Source: an uncultured Pseudomonadota bacterium
GTDB taxonomy: Bacteria; SAR324; NAC60-12
Assembly (NCBI GenBank): GCA_913020725.1
Contig: CAJWCD010000008.1
Span: forward strand, 1-49,425
DNA: 49,425 nucleotides
Reading direction: 5' to 3'
Position numbers and translations under genes: made by a program
Part shown: positions 17,023 through 25,884 of the stretch, piece by piece
Position numbering within the stretch: the first letter of the stretch is position 1
Layout: every line of letters begins with the position of its first letter
The notes under the pieces: generated by a model
Databases searched by the model: none
What the model saw: only the letters and a program-made list of their open reading frames with translations
Told to the model about the DNA's origin: nothing

Positions 17023-19774
17023 TCGCTTTTTCGTACAACCGAATGGATTTTTCCTTTGGCAAAGGGGCGGGTGGGCAGGGCTACGGGCGTGGCTGCTCTG
17101 CTGTTGTTTCGTGCTGGCCTGCGGTCTCTTTCAGCCTGTCGAAAGCTGGGCAGCCAAAAAGAAAAAAGTCACGATCAACCTGCCCCAGACGCTGATCCTC
17201 AAGGAGTTCATCAAGATCATCGCCAACGAAACCGACACCGTTTTCGTGTACGAGGAGAAGAACCTCCGGGGGCAGATGTCCATCACCGCCCCGCCCAATT
17301 TCAAGATCACCTCTGAGGATGCCTTCTTCTTTTTCGAGAAAATTCTCCAGAAACAGGGCCTTGCGATGGTCCGGAGACAGGGCAGCAACGTTGTGGAGAT
17401 TTTGCCCTCCGGGGATGCAAGGTTTTCCCAACTGCCGATTTCCCGGGACGAGGATGGGCTGTTGCGGGAAACCACCCACGTCATGCGGCTGATCCGCATC
17501 AAGAATAGTGACCTCAAACGCATCCAGTCCACCATCCAGCCGATCTTTTCGAAGACGGGAGTGATGCTTGTTTACGACCCCTTGGATCTGCTGATCGTCA
17601 TTGACAGTGCGGCGAACATCAACCGGCTCGTGGAGATCATTGACGTGCTAGATGTCCCTGATCCGGATGGCTTGGAGCAGATCGTCACGGTTTACAAGTT
17701 GCGTCATAACAGCCCGGCAGAGATTCATAAGACGATCACGGAACTCTTCTCCAACCTGATTCGCAACGGACGCCCCTTACGCTACAAACTACTCATCGAG
17801 AACCGGCTCAACTCGCTCATCCTCATCGCCAACCGTGCCAATGGCAAGGAGATTCTCAGTTACATCAAGCAGTTGGATGTTCCGGTTCATGGGGCCACAC
17901 CGACCATCCACGAATTGCGTTACGGAGAGCCGGGAAAACTTGTCCCGCTGATCTCCCAGATTTTCCCGAAAACAGAATCCATCAAGCTCATCCCGTTCAC
18001 TCCGCTGAATGCGCTCATCATCCTTGCCAATCCAGTGACGACGCAGGAGATCATCGGACTCGTCAACCAGCTCGATCTCCCCCGGGGCAACTACCTAATC
18101 AAACTTCATCGACTGGAATACGCCTCTGCGAAAACACTGGCCCCACTGCTCTCCAGCATTTTTGCCGACCGCATTGTCGCGGGCAAGGGGGAAGGCAAAA
18201 CTGCCCCCGGAAGTCAGGTCAAGATCATCGCTGAGTCGCGTCTCAACGCGCTCATCATCATTGCGGATCGCCTCGCGACTGAGCGCGTCATCAAGCTAGC
18301 CAACCAGCTTGATGTGCCGCAGAGCGGAGGCGGGGAAATCCAAATCCAGTTGGAGCGATTGCGCTACACCTCTGCCAAGGTGATGGCTCCGTTGCTCTCG
18401 AAAATTTTCGCCGACCGTATCGTTGCAGGCAAGGGCGAGGGGCAGGCGACACAAAGCAGTCCCATCAAGATCATCGAGGAACCCCGGCTCAACGCGCTCA
18501 TCATCATTGCCGGACGGTTGGAGATGGGGCGCGTTCTGGAACTCGTCCAGCAATTAGATGTTTTTCAAGACACTGGGCGCATCCAGAGCAATTTCAAACT
18601 CTATCGGCTTGAATATGCCGTTGCCGAAGATCTCGCCAAACTACTCAAGGAAATGACCGGGCAGATCACTGAGGTTTCGCGCAACGAGCAGGAAGGGCAG
18701 GCCGCCCCGCCGGAGTCAACAAAACCCGCATCCGGGAAGTCCGAGATCACCATCAGCGCGGACGAAGCGACGAATTCCCTGCTCGTCTTCGCACCCGCCG
18801 ATACCTACCTCACACTTGACCAACTTGTCGAGGAACTGGACGTGCCCCGCATGCAGGTGTATGTCGAGGCGCTCGTGATGGAAGTGTCGCTCACCAAGAG
18901 CCTCGACCTTGGCGTCAAGTGGCGTGCAGCGGGCGTAACCTCCAGCGGAAAAATCATCTCCGGAGGGTGGGGATCAGGTGCCGGGCTTGATTCTGCTTCG
19001 ATTGGAACCAATGCAAACTCGGCAAACTTGGGGTATATGGGAGGCAACACCCTCAGCATTGGGGGGACCAGCTACACGAGTTTTGGTGCGTTCATCAGCG
19101 CAACGAAAACTGACACGGACGTGAACGTGCTGGCGAATCCACAGTTGCTGATGCTCAACAACGAGGAGGCGACGATCAACGTTTCCACGAACACACCCGT
19201 GGGGGTGAAGACCATCACGAACGCCAACAACACCCAGACCACGCAGTACGAGTTCAAGGATGTGGGGGTGAAACTCACCATTAAACCGCAAATCAGCGGG
19301 GAGGACAGCATCCGCTTGGAGATTGCTCAGGAATCGAGCAACATTGCGACCGAGCAAAAATTGAGCGCAGACAAGGCGATCATGACCTTCAAACGTGAAC
19401 TGAAAACCACGGTCGTGACCGGAAATGACGACATCGTGGTGTTGGGCGGCTTGATCAACGAAGGTGACACTCGCTCCGAATCGAAAATTCCGGGCTTTGG
19501 GGATTTGCCGTTGCTCGGTTGGTTGTTCCGGAGTAACACCGGAAAGTTCGAGAAAACCAACCTACTTATTTTCATCCGACCCACGATCATCCGCAATCGC
19601 GCAGATTTGGCACGGGTGACGGAGCGGGCACGGGTACGGTATGATGCCAGCCAAGGCCCGCAAAGCGTTTCCGGAACAGTCCGTGCAGACATGGGCCTGA
19701 AGGAACCCGAAAAGGAAACGCCCAGTGCCGGAGGGACTGAGGCCGAGGCAGCGGGCGCAACAGAGCAGCCCTGA
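17015..19774 (+). CDS. gspD: Type II secretion secretin with expanded N-domain array
   Basis: Signal peptide; repeated (RL)N.LI...QLDVP N-domains; QVYVEALVMEV, ANPQLLMLNNEEA and KIPGFGDLPLLGWLF...NLLIFIRPTII. Start uncertain. Confidence 0.92.
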   Translation: MPDRFFVQPNGFFLWQRGGWAGLRAWLLCCCFVLACGLFQPVESWAAKKKKVTINLPQTLILKEFIKIIANETDTVFVYEEKNLRGQMSITAPPNFKITSEDAFFFFEKILQKQGLAMVRRQGSNVVEILPSGDARFSQLPISRDEDGLLRETTHVMRLIRIKNSDLKRIQSTIQPIFSKTGVMLVYDPLDLLIVIDSAANINRLVEIIDVLDVPDPDGLEQIVTVYKLRHNSPAEIHKTITELFSNLIRNGRPLRYKLLIENRLNSLILIANRANGKEILSYIKQLDVPVHGATPTIHELRYGEPGKLVPLISQIFPKTESIKLIPFTPLNALIILANPVTTQEIIGLVNQLDLPRGNYLIKLHRLEYASAKTLAPLLSSIFADRIVAGKGEGKTAPGSQVKIIAESRLNALIIIADRLATERVIKLANQLDVPQSGGGEIQIQLERLRYTSAKVMAPLLSKIFADRIVAGKGEGQATQSSPIKIIEEPRLNALIIIAGRLEMGRVLELVQQLDVFQDTGRIQSNFKLYRLEYAVAEDLAKLLKEMTGQITEVSRNEQEGQAAPPESTKPASGKSEITISADEATNSLLVFAPADTYLTLDQLVEELDVPRMQVYVEALVMEVSLTKSLDLGVKWRAAGVTSSGKIISGGWGSGAGLDSASIGTNANSANLGYMGGNTLSIGGTSYTSFGAFISATKTDTDVNVLANPQLLMLNNEEATINVSTNTPVGVKTITNANNTQTTQYEFKDVGVKLTIKPQISGEDSIRLEIAQESSNIATEQKLSADKAIMTFKRELKTTVVTGNDDIVVLGGLINEGDTRSESKIPGFGDLPLLGWLFRSNTGKFEKTNLLIFIRPTIIRNRADLARVTERARVRYDASQGPQSVSGTVRADMGLKEPEKETPSAGGTEAEAAGATEQP

Positions 19775-19874
19775 TGAATTTTGACAAGAAAATCAAACAA
19801 ATCCAGAATGTTTTCCCTGTGCATTCCTATGCACACTTAGCCGCTGAAATACGAAACCTGAAATTGGGCAAGTT

Positions 19875-20756
19875 GTGCTGAAATTGGTTGAGAGCAATGC
19901 CGGGGCGGTTGCGCCCATGATTTCCGGAGACCGACAGCCCCCCGCGCTGTTTCCGAATCCAGCGAACCCATTGGAGGTCAAGCTGCCGATTTTCGAGGGG
20001 CCGCTGGATTTGCTGCTGCACCTGATCCGCAGGCATGAGGTCGCCGTGGCCGAGGTGAAGCTTTCCGAACTGACGGCATCCTACCTCGACTACCTCAACT
20101 GGATGGAGTCCATTGATCTCGACGTGGCCGGAGAGTATCTGGACATCGCGGCCACGCTCATTCTCATCAAGTCCCGTGAACTGCTGCCCAAGCCCCCTCC
20201 GGAGGAGTTTCTGGAAGATGAGAATCCGGAAGAACTGCTGCGTCAGCGCTTGCTGGAATACCAGAGTTTCAAGGAGGTGGCCTTTGCACTGGGAGATTTG
20301 GATGTGCTGGGTCGGGATGTGTTTTCACGTCCGGAGCAGGACACGGAATCCGGGAAGGTGGCCCCGCAGGAAGCATGGGAAGAAGTTTCGGTTTACAATC
20401 TGATGGAGGCGTTTCAGCGAGTGATGGAGCGTCGTCCCCGCATCACGACCCATGTCATCGAGCCGGAAACCCTGCGGCTGGAGGATCGCATCGGGCAACT
20501 CATCGAGCAGTTCCGTCGGCAGCCGCGTTGGCGCTTTGAAGAACTGCTGGACCTTGGCCAGCCCAAAGGCTGGGTGATCCTGACCTTCCTTGGGGTGCTG
20601 GAAATGGTGCGGATACGCATGATCCGAGTGGTGCAGGTGGAGGACTTCAGCGAAATCCATTGCCTCACCTGCGAGGAGTTCGAACAGCAAGTGCGGGTCT
20701 GGCTAGGCGTGGAGGACGATCTCACTTTTGTTGAGAACCGCAAACTCTCCGCATGA
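19875..20756 (+). CDS. scpA: Segregation and condensation protein A
   Basis: FEGPLDLLLHLI, AATLILIKSRELLP and TFLGVLEM; the start may be 19917. Confidence 0.95.
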   Translation: MLKLVESNAGAVAPMISGDRQPPALFPNPANPLEVKLPIFEGPLDLLLHLIRRHEVAVAEVKLSELTASYLDYLNWMESIDLDVAGEYLDIAATLILIKSRELLPKPPPEEFLEDENPEELLRQRLLEYQSFKEVAFALGDLDVLGRDVFSRPEQDTESGKVAPQEAWEEVSVYNLMEAFQRVMERRPRITTHVIEPETLRLEDRIGQLIEQFRRQPRWRFEELLDLGQPKGWVILTFLGVLEMVRIRMIRVVQVEDFSEIHCLTCEEFEQQVRVWLGVEDDLTFVENRKLSA

Positions 20757-21121
20757 GTTGGACAACGCATGAGCAAGCTCCTGCTTTGGGAACACCGCTG
20801 TGCCCGCTTGCCGAGGTTCCGGATGGTGAGGGCCGGGAGTTTACTTTTGGCGTGGAACCGTTTCCATTCCGAATATTCGTGGTGCGGCGCGAGTCGGAGG
20901 TTTGGGGCTACGTCAACTCCTGTCCGCATAACCGCACTCCGCTGAATTTTCATCCGGACAAGTTTGTGACTTACGACAAAACCCACATTCTCTGCTCCAC
21001 GCATTTCGCGCTCTTCGAGTACGATGACGGATTCTGCATCGCTGGTCCTTGTGCCGGACAAGCGCTGGAGTCGGTTCCGGTGGAGTTGCAGGAGGGCATG
21101 ATCTGGATTGCCGAGGAGTAG
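20753..21121 (+). CDS. Rieske 2Fe-2S ferredoxin-like protein
   Basis: NSCPH...CSTHFALF...GPC. Confidence 0.92.
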   Translation: MSWTTHEQAPALGTPLCPLAEVPDGEGREFTFGVEPFPFRIFVVRRESEVWGYVNSCPHNRTPLNFHPDKFVTYDKTHILCSTHFALFEYDDGFCIAGPCAGQALESVPVELQEGMIWIAEE

Positions 21122-21188
21122 CATGATTTGTGCATCATTTCGCAGGAGGCGAAAGACCTCTCACCATGAAAACCATCCGTCCATTCGC

Positions 21189-22460
21189 ATGCTCGTTTTG
21201 TTTCGTCCAGTAATCCTCTGCCTGCTCCTGCTGACCCTGCTTGCCGCGTTGCCAGCAGCAGCGCAACGGCGCACGGATTTCGAACTGGGTCAGCTTGTGC
21301 TTTCCCGCAACTGTCCGCTTCCGGACGGTCCCGATCTCACGCTCAAGTCGCCCGAGACGATCCTCAAGTCTGTGGAGAATCCGGACTGCCCTCGCTTCAA
21401 CTCAGTCCAACTCATTCAGGCGACGGTCACGAATCTTTCACCAGAGGTCCAGTCGGTTGGAATCGAGATTGTGGTCAAGCTGGACGGCGAGCAGCAGCGC
21501 AAGAAATCGCTGCGCAAGCATGTCATGCTCCCGCCCTTTGATTTGGCACGGATGCTTCACGACATCAAGCTCGACGAAGTTGGGGTGTACCGCATTAGCG
21601 TGAAGTTGTGGTCCGATAAATTCCGGCAGGTGCTGATGGAAACCAAACCGGGGGATGAGCGGCGTTTTTATATTGCCAGCGAGCAGGATATTGCGCTCGT
21701 CCGCGACGCAATGGGCAGTTCCACAGGCGGCGGTATCATGCGCAAGCTGGAGTTCGAACCGCCGGATTTACGCTGGGAATCGGCTCAGGTGATCCCCAAA
21801 CACATCCTGCGGGGCGAAACGATGCGTATGCGCCTCAACCTCATGAACGTGGGGGGCGATGTCATCCGGAACGTGCGCTCGAAAGTGGAGATCTTCAACA
21901 CCCGCCAGCCGCGTCGCCGCACTTTGGTGGCCACGCCCGTGACCCCGGTGATGGCGCCGGGCGAGGTGGTGACTTACGAACTGGAGTATGTGCTTCCGGA
22001 AGATCAGTTGCTCGGCACCTACCAGATTTCCGCAACCGCCGACCCGGACAATCTGCTGAAGGAGGTCAAGGAGAACAACAACGAGATCAAATCCGACGAT
22101 CTCAAGCTCAGCGACATCAAGCTGCTCCTGCCGCCAGAGAACTTCATGTTCGAGGAAAACGGACTCTTCCTCTTCCAGTGGGACAGCCTCGCCTACGGGG
22201 AGTTCAAGATTCAGGTGGGCGTGGACAAGAAATTCGAGGACGCCGGCGCCTACTTCGACCTGCCGCAGGGCGACCGCTGGATTGCCGACAAGGAACTCGT
22301 GCCGCTGTCCGGAGAATTGCCGGGCATGGCGATGGGGCTGATGGAATCGTTTGAGCGCAACAAGTTGCACTGGCGCGTCGTGGGACGACAGGCCAGTGGA
22401 CGGCAGGCGATTTCGGAAGTCCGTACCTTTACGGTCAAGCCCGCGAAGCCGGAAGGCTGA
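21189..22460 (+). CDS. Exported protein with CARDB-like Ig-fold domain
   Basis: Signal peptide (LPAAA-Q); PPDL...NVGG...ATADPDNLLKEVKENNN CARDB signature. Confidence 0.7.
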   Translation: MLVLFRPVILCLLLLTLLAALPAAAQRRTDFELGQLVLSRNCPLPDGPDLTLKSPETILKSVENPDCPRFNSVQLIQATVTNLSPEVQSVGIEIVVKLDGEQQRKKSLRKHVMLPPFDLARMLHDIKLDEVGVYRISVKLWSDKFRQVLMETKPGDERRFYIASEQDIALVRDAMGSSTGGGIMRKLEFEPPDLRWESAQVIPKHILRGETMRMRLNLMNVGGDVIRNVRSKVEIFNTRQPRRRTLVATPVTPVMAPGEVVTYELEYVLPEDQLLGTYQISATADPDNLLKEVKENNNEIKSDDLKLSDIKLLLPPENFMFEENGLFLFQWDSLAYGEFKIQVGVDKKFEDAGAYFDLPQGDRWIADKELVPLSGELPGMAMGLMESFERNKLHWRVVGRQASGRQAISEVRTFTVKPAKPEG

Positions 22461-23246
22461 TCAGCCCCGCGCTTCCGCCAGCTGCATCAGGTGGGTTCGG
22501 TACTGCTCCGCTCCGCCTTCCTCCCAACTCCGCAACAACGCTGATCCCACAATTGCCACCTCCACATGACCATGCAGCGTTTTAAGATGCTCGGGTTGTG
22601 ACAGTCCAAAACCGAGTCCGAGCGGCACGGAGGTGAATTTCCGGCAGCGTTGCAGGAATTTCGTCACACCCACATCCAGTGCTGTCGCTTTCCCCGTCAC
22701 GCCCTTGCGGGCCACGCAATAGACAAAACCGTTAGCGCGTTCGCAGATTTCCTGCAAACGCTCGTCTGTGCTGGTGGGGGTGCAGAGCATGATCGGGCTG
22801 AGGTGGTGCGCTGCGCTCGGTTCCCACAACTCGCCAAATTCCTCCACGGGCAAATCCGGGATGATGTAACCGCTACCGCCAGAAGCCCGCAGGCGTTCGC
22901 AAAATGCCGCGTAGCCCATCCGGAACGCGGTGTTGCAGTAGCCCATCATCAGCACTGGAAAATCGAAGGCGTCACTCGCCCGCTTCAGCAGCCCGAAGTA
23001 ATCCTGCCAGCGAATGCCGTTTCGGAGTGCTCCTTCGTTCGCCTTCACAAAAAGGGGGCCGTCGGCAATCGGTTCGCTGAAGGGCATCTGCAACTCGACC
23101 AAATCAACTCCGGCCTCCTGCATGATTTCCAGCATCTGCCAGCTTGCCTCAAGGGACGGATAGCCGACCACGGCGTGGGTCATCAGCAGCAGCTTGCGTT
23201 GCTGAAGTCGTTCTCGGATGTAGGTTTCTAATGAATCTGTCTGCAT
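22461..23246 (-). CDS. trpA: Tryptophan synthase alpha chain
   Basis: GYPS, ELQMPFSEPIADGP, IIPDLP, GVTG, GFG and IVGSA. Confidence 0.97.
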   Translation of the reverse strand: MQTDSLETYIRERLQQRKLLLMTHAVVGYPSLEASWQMLEIMQEAGVDLVELQMPFSEPIADGPLFVKANEGALRNGIRWQDYFGLLKRASDAFDFPVLMMGYCNTAFRMGYAAFCERLRASGGSGYIIPDLPVEEFGELWEPSAAHHLSPIMLCTPTSTDERLQEICERANGFVYCVARKGVTGKATALDVGVTKFLQRCRKFTSVPLGLGFGLSQPEHLKTLHGHVEVAIVGSALLRSWEEGGAEQYRTHLMQLAEARG

Positions 23247-23256
23247 AGCATCTTGT

Positions 23257-24501
23257 TCAAAGCTGTGCGGCTTTTTGTCGGATGAAGTCCCGCCATTTTT
23301 CGTCACCAATCGCTTCGGCGATGTTGAAGATGTCTTTGTCGCCGCGTCCGGAAAGGTTGAAAAGGATCGTCTCGCCCTTGCGAAAGTTTGAAGCTTCGGC
23401 AAGGATGGCGGCCAAGCCGTGGCTGCTTTCCAACGCCGGAATCAAGCCCTCCTTGCGGATCAGCAACTTGGTGGCATCCACCACCGCCTCGTCCGTGGCA
23501 GCGGTGAAGCGTATCCGCCCTTCATCGTAGAGGTAGCTGAGGATGGGGCTGATGCCGATGTAGTCGAGTCCGGCAGCAATCGAATGGGTGTGCTGCATCT
23601 GCCCTTCCTCATCTTGCAGGAAGTAGGTCTTGTAACCCTGCGCGATGCCCACTTGCCGAGCGGGAATCCGAGCTGCGTGCATCCCGGAATCCAAACCTTT
23701 GCCCCCCGCTTCCACACCAACCAATTCCACCTCCGGGTCGTCGACAAACGGGAGAAATATCCCCGACGCATTGGAGCCGCCACCCACGCAGGCGTAGATG
23801 CGATCCGGAAGCGCACCCCCTGTGATTTTTGGCACCTGCTCCCGTGCTTCATGTCCGATGATGGACTGGAAGTAGGACACCATTTCCGGAAAGGGGTGCG
23901 GGCCACAAACGGTGCCGAGGACATAGTGCGTGTCCTCCATGCTCTCCGCCCAGTCGCGCATTGCGGCATTGATTGCGTCTTTGAGAGTGGCTGTGCCCTC
24001 TGTGACCGGAATGACGGTTGTGCCCAGTTGTTCCATCCAGAAGACGTTGGGTCGTTGTCGTTCGACATCGAGTGCCCCCATGTAAACCGTGCAATCTAGT
24101 CCGAACTTCGCGGCCATGGTTGCGGTGGCCACCCCATGCTGCCCTGCACCGGTTTCCGCGATCACACGGGACTTGCCCATGCGCTTGACGAGTAGTCCCT
24201 GCCCCATCACATTGTTTGCCTTGTGAGCACCCGTCTGGTTGAGGTCTTCGCGCTTGCACAGCAACCGAAAATGCCCCCCCAGCATTTCCGCAATGTTGTC
24301 CAGCGGAGTGACGGGAGTGGGGCGGCAGGAGTAGCTTTGCATAATCTTGACGTAGCTCTCCCAGAATTCAGGATCGCGCTGGGCCTCCTTGAACGCTGTG
24401 ATCAGTTGGTCAAAGGTGGTCTTGAGAATTTCCGGGATGAACATGCCGCCGAAGGGGCCGTAATAGCCTTGGGCGGTAGGAGTCACAGAGGCACTCAACA
24501 T
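23257..24501 (-). CDS. trpB: Tryptophan synthase beta chain
   Basis: KREDLNQTGAHK, AETGAGQHG, CVGGGSNA, SIAAGLDY and NLSGRGDKD. Confidence 0.98.
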   Translation of the reverse strand: MLSASVTPTAQGYYGPFGGMFIPEILKTTFDQLITAFKEAQRDPEFWESYVKIMQSYSCRPTPVTPLDNIAEMLGGHFRLLCKREDLNQTGAHKANNVMGQGLLVKRMGKSRVIAETGAGQHGVATATMAAKFGLDCTVYMGALDVERQRPNVFWMEQLGTTVIPVTEGTATLKDAINAAMRDWAESMEDTHYVLGTVCGPHPFPEMVSYFQSIIGHEAREQVPKITGGALPDRIYACVGGGSNASGIFLPFVDDPEVELVGVEAGGKGLDSGMHAARIPARQVGIAQGYKTYFLQDEEGQMQHTHSIAAGLDYIGISPILSYLYDEGRIRFTAATDEAVVDATKLLIRKEGLIPALESSHGLAAILAEASNFRKGETILFNLSGRGDKDIFNIAEAIGDEKWRDFIRQKAAQL

Positions 24502-24504
24502 AGG

Positions 24505-24530
24505 ATTAGGGGTTTAGGCTGTAGAGGTTT
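24505..24530 (-). repeat. 26-bp element upstream of trpB start (copy 2)
   Basis: ATTAGGGGTTTAGGCTGTAGAGGTTT; 24/26 identical to 7988-8013, with the same 3-nt distance to ATG. Confidence 0.8.
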
Positions 24531-24561
24531 GGCTGTTCCAAATCGGACATGCAAAACGGAG

Positions 24562-25884
24562 TTAGCGGGAGGTTTTGAGCAGTTTGGCAATGTCCTTGTG
24601 CCCTTCGTTTTCAGCTTCATCAAAGGCGGTACGCCCGAAGCGGTCTTTGAGCGCGGGATCGGCGCCGCGCTGGAGCAGCAGTTCCACGGTCTCGGTGCGG
24701 CCTTCGCGAGACGCTTCGATGAGCGCCGTGCTATTGCTCTGGCTGGGCTGGTTGATGTTGGCCCCGTTGTCGAGCAGCATCTGCACGATTTCCATGCGCC
24801 CTTCATCGGCTGCGAGGATCAGCGCCGTGATCCCCTCGGCGTCTGCAGAATTGACGTTGGCTCCGTGCTGTTGGAGCAGGACAATCACGCGCACGCGGCC
24901 CTCAAGGGTGGCAAGCATCAAGGCGGTGATGCCCTGATTGTCTTGTGCGTTGATATCGGCTCCGACTTCGATCAAGCGCTTGACCACGCTGATGCGGCCA
25001 AAGGCGCTGGCCTCCATCAACGGGGTGCGTCCGGCATCATCTTGCTGATTGACCTCGGTTCCACTGTCGAGCAGGCGGTTGACGAGGCTCAGTCGCCCCT
25101 CGATGGCGGCGCTGACCAGCTCGGAGCCGGGCCAGTCATCTCCGGGCAAAAACGGATCATTCATGCCCACACCCTGCCGCTGGCTCCCAAAGGAGTTGGA
25201 GGTGATGGGGTTGAATTCCATGGGAACGCTTTCGGCCTCGGCCCCTTGGCGGATGAGGAAATTGACCACTTCTGTGTAGCCGTTGCTGGCGGCGGCTAGC
25301 ACGGGAGTGAAGCCTTCCTCACTTTCCTCGTTAAGCTGGCTCCCGGATTCCAAGAGCATCCGGACGATGCCCAAGTGTCCCTCAAAGGCGGCCATGATGA
25401 GGGCGGTTTCGCCATTGCGGTTGTGGCCCTTAACGCTGGCACCGTGCTGCAACAGGGTGCGGACTGTGGCGGATTGACCTTCCAGTGAAGCAAGGATCAG
25501 GGGAGTTGAGCCATCATCAAGTGAAGTTTCAAGACCAACTCCGCTGTCAAGCAGCAGCCGGATCATTTCGATGTCGCCTTGCCGAATCGCTAACGGAAGG
25601 GGGGCAATCCCAAGGTTGTCCTGCACTTCCGGGTCCGCCCCGGCGGCCAACAGCACTCGGGCGGTGACGAGATTCCCGTACAGCACTGAGTGCAGCAGGG
25701 CCGTGCGACCGTTTTCATCAGAGAGGTTAAGTGCGATTCCGGAAGCCAGTTCCTCCTGCATTTCCTCACCGGAGCCTTGCTGGGCGACTAGGTGCAGGTC
25801 GAGCAGTTTCTCGGCACTCAAAGTCCTAGGGAGGCCAAGCAAGCAGGCAATCCCAGCAAGCAGGCCGCACAAAATCTTCGTCAT
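24562..25884 (-). CDS. Exported ankyrin repeat protein
   Basis: Signal peptide plus roughly a dozen G.TAL..A...G...V..LL..GA repeats. Confidence 0.93.
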   Translation of the reverse strand: MTKILCGLLAGIACLLGLPRTLSAEKLLDLHLVAQQGSGEEMQEELASGIALNLSDENGRTALLHSVLYGNLVTARVLLAAGADPEVQDNLGIAPLPLAIRQGDIEMIRLLLDSGVGLETSLDDGSTPLILASLEGQSATVRTLLQHGASVKGHNRNGETALIMAAFEGHLGIVRMLLESGSQLNEESEEGFTPVLAAASNGYTEVVNFLIRQGAEAESVPMEFNPITSNSFGSQRQGVGMNDPFLPGDDWPGSELVSAAIEGRLSLVNRLLDSGTEVNQQDDAGRTPLMEASAFGRISVVKRLIEVGADINAQDNQGITALMLATLEGRVRVIVLLQQHGANVNSADAEGITALILAADEGRMEIVQMLLDNGANINQPSQSNSTALIEASREGRTETVELLLQRGADPALKDRFGRTAFDEAENEGHKDIAKLLKTSR

